DNA of 43,278 bases from an uncultured Gemmatimonadaceae bacterium (GTDB lineage Bacteria > Gemmatimonadota > Gemmatimonadetes > Gemmatimonadales > GWC2-71-9): NCBI GenBank assembly GCA_964608715.1, contig CAZSPH010000003.1, positions 1 to 43,278 of the forward strand, written 5' to 3'. The first letter of the stretch is position 1. Each line of letters starts with the position of its first letter. Shown here in pieces: positions 27,715 to 35,998 of the stretch. The notes beneath the pieces are model-generated. The model was not told the origin of the DNA, did no database searches, and saw only the letters and a program-made list of their open reading frames with translations. The position numbers and the translations under genes are program-made.

Positions 27715-27727
27715 AACCGAGGCAGTC

Positions 27728-28825
27728 GTGTCAGATATGAAGGAACGGACCATCGAAGTACTGGAGTCGGTCGCCAACCCTCGCACCGGCAGCGGTGTAG
27801 TGTCGGCCCGGATGATCGCGGACCTGGAAATCGACGAGTCGGGTGCCGCATCGTTCGTGTTCCTGCTCCGCCGCACCGACCCGGCAACCCTGGTGCGCCA
27901 GGTACGTCAGGCCTTCGCCGCTGCGGAGTTGCCGAACCCGCGGATCAAGGTGGTTGATCCCGATGGAGCAGCCGCATCGACCCACGGTCCGCCCAAGAGC
28001 AGTCAGGCAGGAGTACCGGCAGCTCCCACACCCAGTGCAGTTCCAGGAATCGGCCGGGTGATTGCGGTGTCATCCGGCAAGGGCGGCGTCGGCAAGTCCA
28101 CCGTCGCGGTGAATCTGGCCCTGGCGCTGGCCGCCAAGGGACGCCGCGTGGGACTGATGGATGCCGACTTCTATGGTCCCAGCGTGCCGCGGATGATGGG
28201 ACTGTTCGAGCGGCCCGGAGTCGATGCCGAGAAGCGGATCGTCCCGCTCGAAGCATACGGCGTCAAGGTGATGTCGATCGGCTTCCTGGTGGACCGCGAT
28301 GCGCCGGCGATCTGGCGCGGGCCGATCATCACCAAGGTGATCCAGCAGTTCCTGCATGACGTTGCCTGGGGGGAACTCGACTACCTGCTGGTCGACATGC
28401 CTCCCGGTACCGGCGACGCCCAGCTCTCACTGGTGCAGCAGGCGCTGGTCAGTGGTGCCGTGGTGGTAACTACGCCCCAGGAGGTCGCCGTGGGTGATGC
28501 ACTGCGCAGTGCCAGGATGTTCGAACGGGTTGCAGTGCCGATAATTGGCGTGGTCGAGAACATGAGCGGCTTCCTCGATCCCATGACGGGCGTGAAGCAC
28601 GATCTCTTCGGTACCGGCGGCGGGGAACGGCTGGCCCGCGAGATCGGGGTACCACTGCTGGGTGAGATACCGCTTCAGCCCGGCCTGGCCGATGCTGCTG
28701 ACCGGGGAAGTCCGATCATCGCCGAATCTCCCGGCTCGGCTGCCGCCGCATTGCTGCTGGAAGTAGCCGACCGGGTGGAAGAACGGGTGAAGGAAACCGC
28801 GATCGAACTGCCGGTCATCGAGTAG
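27728..28825 (+). CDS. Mrp/NBP35/ApbC-family P-loop ATPase with N-terminal DUF59-like domain
   Basis: It has the deviant Walker A SSGKGGVGKST, DADFYGPS and VDMPPGTGD. The translated protein contains no cysteine at all, so the family CxxC is replaced (FLDPMTG). Confidence 0.88.
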   Translation: MSDMKERTIEVLESVANPRTGSGVVSARMIADLEIDESGAASFVFLLRRTDPATLVRQVRQAFAAAELPNPRIKVVDPDGAAASTHGPPKSSQAGVPAAPTPSAVPGIGRVIAVSSGKGGVGKSTVAVNLALALAAKGRRVGLMDADFYGPSVPRMMGLFERPGVDAEKRIVPLEAYGVKVMSIGFLVDRDAPAIWRGPIITKVIQQFLHDVAWGELDYLLVDMPPGTGDAQLSLVQQALVSGAVVVTTPQEVAVGDALRSARMFERVAVPIIGVVENMSGFLDPMTGVKHDLFGTGGGERLAREIGVPLLGEIPLQPGLADAADRGSPIIAESPGSAAAALLLEVADRVEERVKETAIELPVIE

Positions 28826-29696
28826 CGGAGTCGAACCACTCGACCACGATCCCTGCCACCGAGGCACGGATGGCAACTGCGATCTTCTGCTTCGCGTCGG
28901 CATAGCCCGCTGTTTCCCAGCCATCCGAGGTGCGTTTCATCTCGTCGGCGCTGATCGAGGTGAGAAACCGCTCGGCGGCTATGCTCAGGCCGACACCGCG
29001 CGGGACACGCAGCACCACCGTGCCGATCGAGACATCGGCCTCGACTCTGATGTCGTTCTGCCATTCGCCCGAGAAATCGAGCAGCGTTCTGCCGATGCCT
29101 CCCTCCAGGTGAACCACTCCGCATCCCGACTGCGGCAACTGCTCGATCACCAGTTCACCGGCACCGGCCGTGAACGTGGCTTCACGGCAGTGGCCGGTCG
29201 TCGGTTCCGAGAACCGGATCACACTGCGGGTCGCACCGGCGCTGATTGCCACTTCTTCCAGCATCAGTCCGCCGAGGTCCACTGTGGCATTGCTGGTGCC
29301 GAGGGAAGCGCGGAGAATGAGTGGCACATCAGGCGAGAACTCGAACCGGGCCGCCTGATCTAACTGGTCGGCGGAGGTGACCCTGAGCCCTCCAGCACCG
29401 ACGGTCATGACGCCCAGCTCCAGAATTCCGGTGCGCTGATCATAGCGCTGTACCGGTGAGAAGCGGTCGGCGTCGTAGCTCAGCAGCATCCGGTAGAGGT
29501 TGGCCGGAGAGCCGGCGTCGACCTGCACCCGACCTCCCCCGAATTCGAGCGATGCCCGGAGGGTCGGAGGTGATCCATTCACCGGTCGCGACACGGAGTA
29601 GCCGCGCATTGCCTGGGCGGAGAGAGCGACCGATGGAACAGTGGCCAGGAGCAGGCCTGCGAGGGCCGCCAGGATGGCGGATCCGGGGCGGGTCAT
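28815..29696 (-). CDS. Secreted beta-rich protein, LiaF/DUF4097 (toastrack)-like
   Basis: It has a signal peptide ending in ALSAQA and repeated short beta-strand units (VDLGG, VIRFS, VHLEGG, LDFSG, VLRVPRGVGL). It is the last gene of the ECF module. The family assignment is tentative. Confidence 0.55.
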   Translation of the reverse strand: MTRPGSAILAALAGLLLATVPSVALSAQAMRGYSVSRPVNGSPPTLRASLEFGGGRVQVDAGSPANLYRMLLSYDADRFSPVQRYDQRTGILELGVMTVGAGGLRVTSADQLDQAARFEFSPDVPLILRASLGTSNATVDLGGLMLEEVAISAGATRSVIRFSEPTTGHCREATFTAGAGELVIEQLPQSGCGVVHLEGGIGRTLLDFSGEWQNDIRVEADVSIGTVVLRVPRGVGLSIAAERFLTSISADEMKRTSDGWETAGYADAKQKIAVAIRASVAGIVVEWFDSATR

Positions 29697-30886
29697 CGGT
29701 CTGCTGGGGGACGCTTTACTGCTGGCACCCCCATCGGAGTTGCCCAGAGGAACTCGTCGGTCATCATCCCGGAAGACAGCGTGCGACCGGTGAACTCTTC
29801 GCGCATCCCGCCGCGTGAAAGCAGCGCCGCACCGAAACCGGCAGTGCCGGCCAGCCAGGTGGACAGTCCTGCCGCGAAAAGCGTCAGTCCTCCGGCGACA
29901 GGTACGGCGCCGAAGATCGCCCAGATGAACCAGAGCGAAACCAGCACTGCCAGGCCCGACACGAGATATCGGTAGGAATTGGGAGAGACGATCACGCCGC
30001 GTGCCAGCCGTCGCCTGGTGATCACCTCACCCATCGCATGAGCCACCGCCAGCAGACCACCGAGCACGGCGACTATCGCCAGCATCAGATAGACGGCCAC
30101 CGCGAAGGGGATCAGCACGGAGCCGGCCAGAGTGAGAATCAGTCCGATGGTGATGATGCCTGCAGTGGGCACCAGCAGGACCTGACCCAGCATCCCCGCC
30201 AACAGCGACCGGCCGAAGGAGTGGCTTACGGTGTCGGAGACGATCTCCAGGTTCGGACGCCCGAAGGTCACCAGCATGAAGCCGAGAACCACAACGGTAG
30301 CCAGTATTGCAGCCACGCCGGAAACCCTGTCGAGCAGCGACAGGCTGGCACGCGAGCCGACAGCGCTCGGCGACGCACTGCTGGTAAGCATCGCCGACGA
30401 GCCGGAGACCTTGCCGCCCTGGTCTCTGATCGAGCCACCGATCGCCAGAATGTCGCCGTTGACCGTGGCCCCGGAACGAAGAATGATGTCGCCGTCGAGG
30501 GTGACCAGGTTTCCTTCGAGGCGGCCCTGGATGTCGGCATTGCCGCGCAGCACCACCACGTGGCCGCGATGAGTCTCTGACGAACCGAGATTGAAGTCGC
30601 CGATTCTCGCCAGTCCGTCGATCACCGACAGCCTGGTATCGGAAACCGGCTCCTTCAGCGTACCTCGCAGCTCCATCTCCAGCAGTGCCGGTGAGTCGAG
30701 CCTCGATACGTCGACCGACGGCCCCTCGGAACGGGCCTGCTGGACGCGCGTGGGCCCGGCATCAGGAATCAGCCGGCTGAGCTGGTAGACGATATGGTCT
30801 ACCAGCTCGATCGGAGTCCCAGCATTCAGTCGTTCGGCAGGCAGTGCCAGCAGCAGGCAGGCGAGAAGAAATCTACCAGTCCGCAT
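29693..30886 (-). CDS. Membrane protein with periplasmic bactofilin-like beta-helix repeats and a polytopic C-terminal domain
   Basis: It has a signal peptide MRTGRFLLACLLLALPA. The repeat region is GHVVVLRGNADIQGRLEGNLVTLDGDIILRSGATVNGDILAIGGSI, followed by about 6 TM helices. I place the start at ATG 30886 (track 30937). Confidence 0.6.
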   Translation of the reverse strand: MRTGRFLLACLLLALPAERLNAGTPIELVDHIVYQLSRLIPDAGPTRVQQARSEGPSVDVSRLDSPALLEMELRGTLKEPVSDTRLSVIDGLARIGDFNLGSSETHRGHVVVLRGNADIQGRLEGNLVTLDGDIILRSGATVNGDILAIGGSIRDQGGKVSGSSAMLTSSASPSAVGSRASLSLLDRVSGVAAILATVVVLGFMLVTFGRPNLEIVSDTVSHSFGRSLLAGMLGQVLLVPTAGIITIGLILTLAGSVLIPFAVAVYLMLAIVAVLGGLLAVAHAMGEVITRRRLARGVIVSPNSYRYLVSGLAVLVSLWFIWAIFGAVPVAGGLTLFAAGLSTWLAGTAGFGAALLSRGGMREEFTGRTLSSGMMTDEFLWATPMGVPAVKRPPADR

Positions 30887-31469
30887 CGGCCACCGGACGG
30901 GACAGGACTCGACGGAACCCGGCCAGCATCGCGGCATACGTGACCGCCAGTCCTGCCAGCATCGGAGTGGCGCTTGCCGGGGTAGCGAACAGGTCGATCA
31001 GTCCGGAGTACCATGGCTGTTCGGTCGTGTTCGCGATGATCGACTGGACCGAGAACCAGCCGGCCGAGCGGAGCGGGGCCAGGATCGGGTCGGCGAGATC
31101 GATGGCGGCCGCCGGATTGGCGGAAGCCCACCCGAAGGCTGCGATCAGCCCGGCGGCGGTGAGTCCGCCCATCGCGAAGATGCGCCGGCGGGCAGCCACC
31201 GCCCGCGCCGGATCGAGCACCGCAACCGAGGGGTAACTCGCCACCGCAGTGGTGACCCGTGCGATGATTCGATCAGCAAAATCAGCCTGCGGCTCGGTAG
31301 GCGGCAGCACCGCAAGTGTCGCGACAACCGTCTGATCCAGCTCCACCAGTCCGTTACAGGTCAGACATGTTTCGATGTGAGACGTAGCTCTCTGCGACGC
31401 GATTCCACCGAGTAACGAATCCAGTTCGTCTTCGGTCAGGTGGAATCCATCTCTCTCCGCCATGATCAC
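30873..31469 (-). CDS. Zinc-binding anti-sigma factor (zf-HC2)
   Basis: It has the HIETCLTC motif (HxxxCxxC) near the N-terminus and TM segment(s), and lies immediately downstream of the ECF sigma gene. Confidence 0.8.
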   Translation of the reverse strand: MIMAERDGFHLTEDELDSLLGGIASQRATSHIETCLTCNGLVELDQTVVATLAVLPPTEPQADFADRIIARVTTAVASYPSVAVLDPARAVAARRRIFAMGGLTAAGLIAAFGWASANPAAAIDLADPILAPLRSAGWFSVQSIIANTTEQPWYSGLIDLFATPASATPMLAGLAVTYAAMLAGFRRVLSRPVADADW

Positions 31470-31496
31470 TCCTACGTTGTCGGCAAGCCGGAGGTT

Positions 31497-32117
31497 TCAG
31501 TCATGATCGAGATCCGCGAGCGCCAGCCGCAGTTCGTGACGGGCGCGGTGGATGTAGGTCTTTACCGTTCCCAGCGGCAGCTCCATCGTTTCGGCGATCT
31601 CCTCGTAGCTGCGCCCCTCGACATGACGCAGGATGATGCAGCTGCGGTACTCCGGACGGAGCCGGTCGATAGCCGCCTCGATGATGCCGCCCAGTTCGCG
31701 ATTGGCGACCTGTTCGAGGGGAGATTCGGCACCGTCGGCAATCTGCAGCGTGGTGGCCTCGATGGCCTCGGCGGTTCCGGCATTGGCCGATCCGTCGATC
31801 GACAGGGTGTTCAGCCCGCGACGCCGGAGCTGGTCGATCGCAGCATTGTTCGCGATCCGGAAGATCCAGCTCGAGAAGCGGTACTCGGGGCGATACGAAT
31901 CGATCGCGTTGAGGACCTTGACGAAGGTCTCCTGCGCCAGGTCCTCGGCGAGTTCACGGTCGCGCACCATCCGGTGGATCAGCGAGATCACCGGTCGCTG
32001 GTAGCGGCGGATCAGCTCCCGGTAGGCCGCCTCCCGACCGATGGCCGCATGGCGGACCACTTCCTGGTCGGTGAGAGCGCGCCAGTCGGCCGGCGTATGA
32101 TTACTCAGCACCGGCAT
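31497..32117 (-). CDS. ECF-type RNA polymerase sigma factor
   Basis: Region 2 is DLAQETFVKVLNAIDSY...FSSWIFRIANNAAID. Region 4 is SYEEIAETMELPLGTVKTYIHRAR. Confidence 0.9.
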   Translation of the reverse strand: MPVLSNHTPADWRALTDQEVVRHAAIGREAAYRELIRRYQRPVISLIHRMVRDRELAEDLAQETFVKVLNAIDSYRPEYRFSSWIFRIANNAAIDQLRRRGLNTLSIDGSANAGTAEAIEATTLQIADGAESPLEQVANRELGGIIEAAIDRLRPEYRSCIILRHVEGRSYEEIAETMELPLGTVKTYIHRARHELRLALADLDHD

Positions 32118-32159
32118 CCGTATGGCAGCAGCACTGCCTTTCCGGTAGTATTCAGCACG

Positions 32160-32888
32160 ATGACGTCAACCGACCCGGCACTGCCGCTTGCGGGCGGGGC
32201 GGACAAGCGGAAGTATGTGCGCGAGGTCTTTGCCGCCATCGCACCGCGATACGACCTGCTCAATCACCTGCTGTCCCTCAATGCCGATCGCCGCTGGCGG
32301 CGGCAGGCGATTGCATCGCTCGGCTGGGAGCAGCGACCGGCAGGACGGTACCTGGATGTCTGCGCCGGCACCCTGGATCTGGCCGCAGCACTGGGGAATG
32401 CTCCCGGGTTCACCGGCGAGGTGATCGGAGCCGACTTCGTTCCGGCCATGCTGCGCGGGGGTCTGGGGAAGAGTGAACGGGTGCGGCCGACTGCTGCCGA
32501 TGCCTTGGCGCTGCCGTTCCGCGATGGCGAATTCGACGGGGCGACCGTGGGATTCGGGATCCGCAACGTGGCCGATCTGGATGCCGGTCTCGGGGAGATC
32601 GGCCGGGTAATCCGGCCCGGCTCCCGGCTGGTGATCCTGGAATTCACGACCCCTCCCCGTCAGCCGCTGCGCGGTCTCTATCTCACCTACTTCCGGCACG
32701 TGTTGCCAGCAGTAGGTCGTCTGGTCTCGAAACATACGAACGCATACGACTGGCTACCAGCTTCGGTACTCGCCTTCCCCGAACCGGCGGAGCTGGCCGC
32801 CCGGTTCGCTGCTGCCGGTTTCGAGGATGTCACCTGGTCCACCCGGTTCGGGGGAATAGTGGCGATCCACGTCGGCCGACGGAGTTGA
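32160..32888 (+). CDS. ubiE: Demethylmenaquinone / ubiquinone C-methyltransferase
   Basis: VREVFAAIAPRYDLLNHLLSL is the UbiE/MenG signature and LDVCAGTLD is the SAM motif. The start is ATG 32160; the track ORF from 31440 is antisense to the sigma gene. Confidence 0.88.
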   Translation: MTSTDPALPLAGGADKRKYVREVFAAIAPRYDLLNHLLSLNADRRWRRQAIASLGWEQRPAGRYLDVCAGTLDLAAALGNAPGFTGEVIGADFVPAMLRGGLGKSERVRPTAADALALPFRDGEFDGATVGFGIRNVADLDAGLGEIGRVIRPGSRLVILEFTTPPRQPLRGLYLTYFRHVLPAVGRLVSKHTNAYDWLPASVLAFPEPAELAARFAAAGFEDVTWSTRFGGIVAIHVGRRS

Positions 32889-34363
32889 TGATGAGCATCG
32901 ATTCGCTTCCCGATTTCATCGCGGCACTCGATCGCGCCGGTGAACTGCACCGCATCGCCGAGCCGGTGCGCACCCACCTGGAGATTGCCGAGATCGCCGA
33001 TCGCGTGATGAAGATGCCCGGCGGCGGCAAGGCGTTGCTGTTCGAGAAGCCGGTGCTGGACGACGGTTCCATCAGTCCGATACCGGTCGGGATCAACCTG
33101 TTCGGTTCCCGGCGACGGATGGAGATCGCCCTCGGCGTCGAACGACTGGATGAGATCGGCAGCAGGATCGCCGAAATGGTCGAGATGAAGGTACCGACGG
33201 GGCTGATGGCCAAGCTGTCGATGCTGCCGAAGCTGGCCGAGATGGCGAAGTTTCCTCCGAAAGTGAGATCGGGAAAGCCGCCCTGTCAGGAGGTGGTAAT
33301 CAGGGGCGATGAGATCGATCTCGACCGTCTGCCACTGCTCCAGACCTGGCCGGGAGACGGCGGTCGTTATCTCACCCTGCCGATGGTGATCACCCGCGAT
33401 CCGGTCCGGGGTACTCGCAACGTCGGAATGTACCGGGTGCAGCAGTTGGGCAGACGCGAGCTGGCGATGCACTGGCAGCGCCACAAGAGCGGTGCCGCTC
33501 ACTGGCGTGAGATGGCCGAGCGGGGCGAGAAGATGCCGGTAGTGATTGCCCTCGGCGGCGATCCGGCGGCGCTCTACTCGGGTTCGGCGCCGCTGCCTCC
33601 GGCAATCGACGAGTTCCTGTTCGCCGGCTTCCTGCGGAAGAACCCGGTCGAACTCGCTCCGGCAATCACCTGCGATCTCGAAGTACCGGCCGAGGCGGAA
33701 ATAGTGATCGAGGGATACGTCGATCCGTCCGAGGAACTGGTCATGGAGGGGCCGTTCGGTGATCACACCGGCTTCTACTCGCTGGCCGATCTCTACCCGA
33801 AGCTCCATGTCACCGCGGTAACGATGAAGCGGAATCCGGTCTATCCGGCGACACTGGTAGGGCGTCCGCCGATGGAGGATTTCTATCTCGGTCACGCCAC
33901 CGAGCGGATCTTCCTGCCGCTTCTCAAGCTGACTGTCCCCGAGATCGTCGACTACCACATGCCGGCGGCGGGGATCTTCCACAATCTCGTTTTCGTCAGC
34001 ATCAGGAAGGAGTACCCTGGTCAGGCCTACAAGGTGATGCATGCGATGTGGGGCCAGGGACTGATGGCGCTGTCCAAGGTGATCGTGGTGGTCGACGCCG
34101 ATGTGAACGTGCAGGACCAGGAGGAGGTGTGGTGGATCGCACTCAACAACATCGATCCCAAGCGTGATGTCGAGTTCGCGCGCGGCCCGGTGGATGTGCT
34201 GGACCACGCCTCGACCGAGTTCTCCTTCGGCAGCAAGATGGGGATCGATGCGACCAGGAAGTGGCCTGAGGAGGGCTTCAAGCGGGAGTGGCCCGACCGG
34301 ATCGTGATGGACGATGCCACAAGGGCCAAGGTCGACGGTATCTGGGGGAAGCTGGGGCTATGA
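32885..34363 (+). CDS. ubiD: UbiD-family (prenylated-FMN dependent) decarboxylase
   Basis: The 492-aa product has the UbiD pattern (NLFGS, RNVGMYR, HWQRHKSGA, EGPFGDHTGFY). It overlaps both neighbours by 4 nt. Confidence 0.9.
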   Translation: MMMSIDSLPDFIAALDRAGELHRIAEPVRTHLEIAEIADRVMKMPGGGKALLFEKPVLDDGSISPIPVGINLFGSRRRMEIALGVERLDEIGSRIAEMVEMKVPTGLMAKLSMLPKLAEMAKFPPKVRSGKPPCQEVVIRGDEIDLDRLPLLQTWPGDGGRYLTLPMVITRDPVRGTRNVGMYRVQQLGRRELAMHWQRHKSGAAHWREMAERGEKMPVVIALGGDPAALYSGSAPLPPAIDEFLFAGFLRKNPVELAPAITCDLEVPAEAEIVIEGYVDPSEELVMEGPFGDHTGFYSLADLYPKLHVTAVTMKRNPVYPATLVGRPPMEDFYLGHATERIFLPLLKLTVPEIVDYHMPAAGIFHNLVFVSIRKEYPGQAYKVMHAMWGQGLMALSKVIVVVDADVNVQDQEEVWWIALNNIDPKRDVEFARGPVDVLDHASTEFSFGSKMGIDATRKWPEEGFKREWPDRIVMDDATRAKVDGIWGKLGL

Positions 34364-35313
34364 ACGGCGAACAGCGAACGGCGAACGGAGTACGGGCGAC
34401 GCATGCGTCGCCCTCCGCCTCCGCTGCCCGCGAAGGTCAGACCTTCGGCGGTCACGGGTTCGTCGCCCGCTGGGCCTCGTTCGTCAAGCTGCCGCACACG
34501 CTCTTCGCACTGCCGTTCGCGCTGCTGGGTGTGATCGGTGCGTCGTTCCAGGCTGCCGTAACGCCGCGCAAGGTGGTGCTGGCCGTGCTGGCATTCACGG
34601 CTGCCCGTTTCGCGGCGATGGGCTTCAATCGTCTGGTCGATCGTGACTACGACTCCCGCAACCCGAGGACTGCTGCCCGGGAGATCCCCACCGGAAGAAT
34701 CTCAGTCGGTGCGGCGCGCATTGCCGTGGTGCTTGCCGCGGTGCTGTTCATCGTTGCGAGCGCGCTGCTCAATCCTCTCTGCGGCATACTCGCGCCGGTG
34801 GCACTCGCCTGGATTCTGTCCTACTCGTACGCCAAGCGCTTCACCTGGTGGCCGCACCTCTGGCTGGGTGTGTCGCTTTCGATTGCCCCAGCCGGCGGGT
34901 GGTTGGCGATTGCCGGAACCTGGCCGGAACCGTGGTGGCTGCTGCCGGCGATCGCTGTCGGCGTGATGACCTGGGTGGCGGGGTTCGATGTCTTCTACGC
35001 CCTGCCCGATGAGCGGTTCGACCGCGACAACGATCTCCGGAGCGCCGTGGTTCGCCTGGGGGAGCGGCGCGCGATCCACTTCGCCAAGCTGCTGCACGGT
35101 GTCACGATTCCCGCGCTGGCGCTGTTCGGCTGGGGCGCAGGATTCGGCATCTGGTACTATGTGGGGGTCGTGCTTGCTGCGGGAATCCTTGCCTGGGAGC
35201 ACCAGTTGGTGAAGCCGGGCGATCTTTCCCGGCTCGATGCGGCATTCTTCACGATGAACGGAGTGATGAGCGTGATCGTCTTCGCATTTGCGCTGGTGGA
35301 TCGGGTGGTCTGA
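34360..35313 (+). CDS. ubiA: UbiA-family aromatic prenyltransferase
   Basis: It has FVKLPHTLFALPFALLG and the NRLVDRDYD Asp-rich motif, with 8-9 TM helices. ATG 34360 is the only in-frame start upstream of the conserved core, so the first ~35 codons are encoded by the repeat/palindrome DNA. Confidence 0.85.
   Translation: MNGEQRTANGVRATHASPSASAAREGQTFGGHGFVARWASFVKLPHTLFALPFALLGVIGASFQAAVTPRKVVLAVLAFTAARFAAMGFNRLVDRDYDSRNPRTAAREIPTGRISVGAARIAVVLAAVLFIVASALLNPLCGILAPVALAWILSYSYAKRFTWWPHLWLGVSLSIAPAGGWLAIAGTWPEPWWLLPAIAVGVMTWVAGFDVFYALPDERFDRDNDLRSAVVRLGERRAIHFAKLLHGVTIPALALFGWGAGFGIWYYVGVVLAAGILAWEHQLVKPGDLSRLDAAFFTMNGVMSVIVFAFALVDRVV
34363..34390. repeat. Four tandem 7-bp units aacggcg/aacagcg/aacggcg/aacggag
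   Basis: Read directly at the ubiD/ubiA junction. Related cggcgaac motifs lie at 35317-35324 and 35331-35338, just after ubiA. Confidence 0.9.
34394..34413. repeat. REP-like 20-bp perfect palindrome gggcgacgcatgcgtcgccc
   Basis: It is self-complementary. It is preceded by gtac and centred on GCATGC, like the palindromes at 38-57 and 108-127. Confidence 0.9.
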
Positions 35314-35365
35314 TGACGGCGAACTGTGATCGGCGAACCACGAACTGCGGCCGGATGAATGGAGC

Positions 35366-35400
35366 CGTCATCTCGAGCATCGCGAGGTATCTGCTTTTTC
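35366..35400. repeat. Half-copy of the MITE/REP-like element
   Basis: cgtcatctcgagcat-cgcgaggtatctgctttttc parallels cgtcattccgaccgg...gcggaggaatctgcttttc at 11522-11578. Confidence 0.5.
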
Positions 35401-35416
35401 CGATCAGGAGATCCGG

Positions 35417-35998
35417 ATGCATGAACCGATAGTCCTCGCAATCACCGGAGCCTCCGGGGCACCGTATGCGGTCCGGCTGCTGGATGTACTGGCGCGCAAC
35501 CGGGTGCCGGTCGATCTGATCATATCCGGACACGGCTGGCGGCTGCTGGAGACCGAATCGGCGATCCCGAACGAAGAAGTGCTGCGGATCGCCACCGGTG
35601 GTGACTGGTCGACGGTGAGAATTCATCCCGACGGCGATCGGGGAGCGAAGCCGGCATCGGGTTCATACCGGACCGCGGGCATGGTGATCTGTCCCTGTTC
35701 GATGGGAACCGTTTCGGCCATCGCACAGGGTAGTTCCCGGTCGCTGATCGAGCGTGCCGCCGATGTGGTGCTGAAGGAGCGGCGACGCCTGATCCTGGTG
35801 CCTCGGGAGACACCGCTTTCGACCATCCATCTGCGGAATCTTCTGACCGTTTCCGAGGCAGGTGCCGTGGTGATCCCTGCCGCACCCGGTTTCTACCATC
35901 GGCCGGGAGCGGTGGCCGACATGGTCGACTTCATCGTGCAGCGGGTTCTGGATCAGCTTGATCTCGACATCGACATCGCGCCCCGCTGGGAGGGATGA
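35417..35998 (+). CDS. ubiX: Flavin prenyltransferase UbiX
   Basis: It has the ITGASGAPYAVRLL N-terminus, MVICPCSMGT and LVPRETPL. Confidence 0.92.
   Translation: MHEPIVLAITGASGAPYAVRLLDVLARNRVPVDLIISGHGWRLLETESAIPNEEVLRIATGGDWSTVRIHPDGDRGAKPASGSYRTAGMVICPCSMGTVSAIAQGSSRSLIERAADVVLKERRRLILVPRETPLSTIHLRNLLTVSEAGAVVIPAAPGFYHRPGAVADMVDFIVQRVLDQLDLDIDIAPRWEG

Noticed and set aside
28815-28825. Convergent gene ends overlap (mrp with the toastrack-like gene, 11 nt) or abut (39451/39452, the repeat protein with mutM). These are possible antisense-regulation sites.
   Set aside because: Short convergent overlaps are common in compact GC-rich genomes. Nothing in the sequence points to a specific mechanism.
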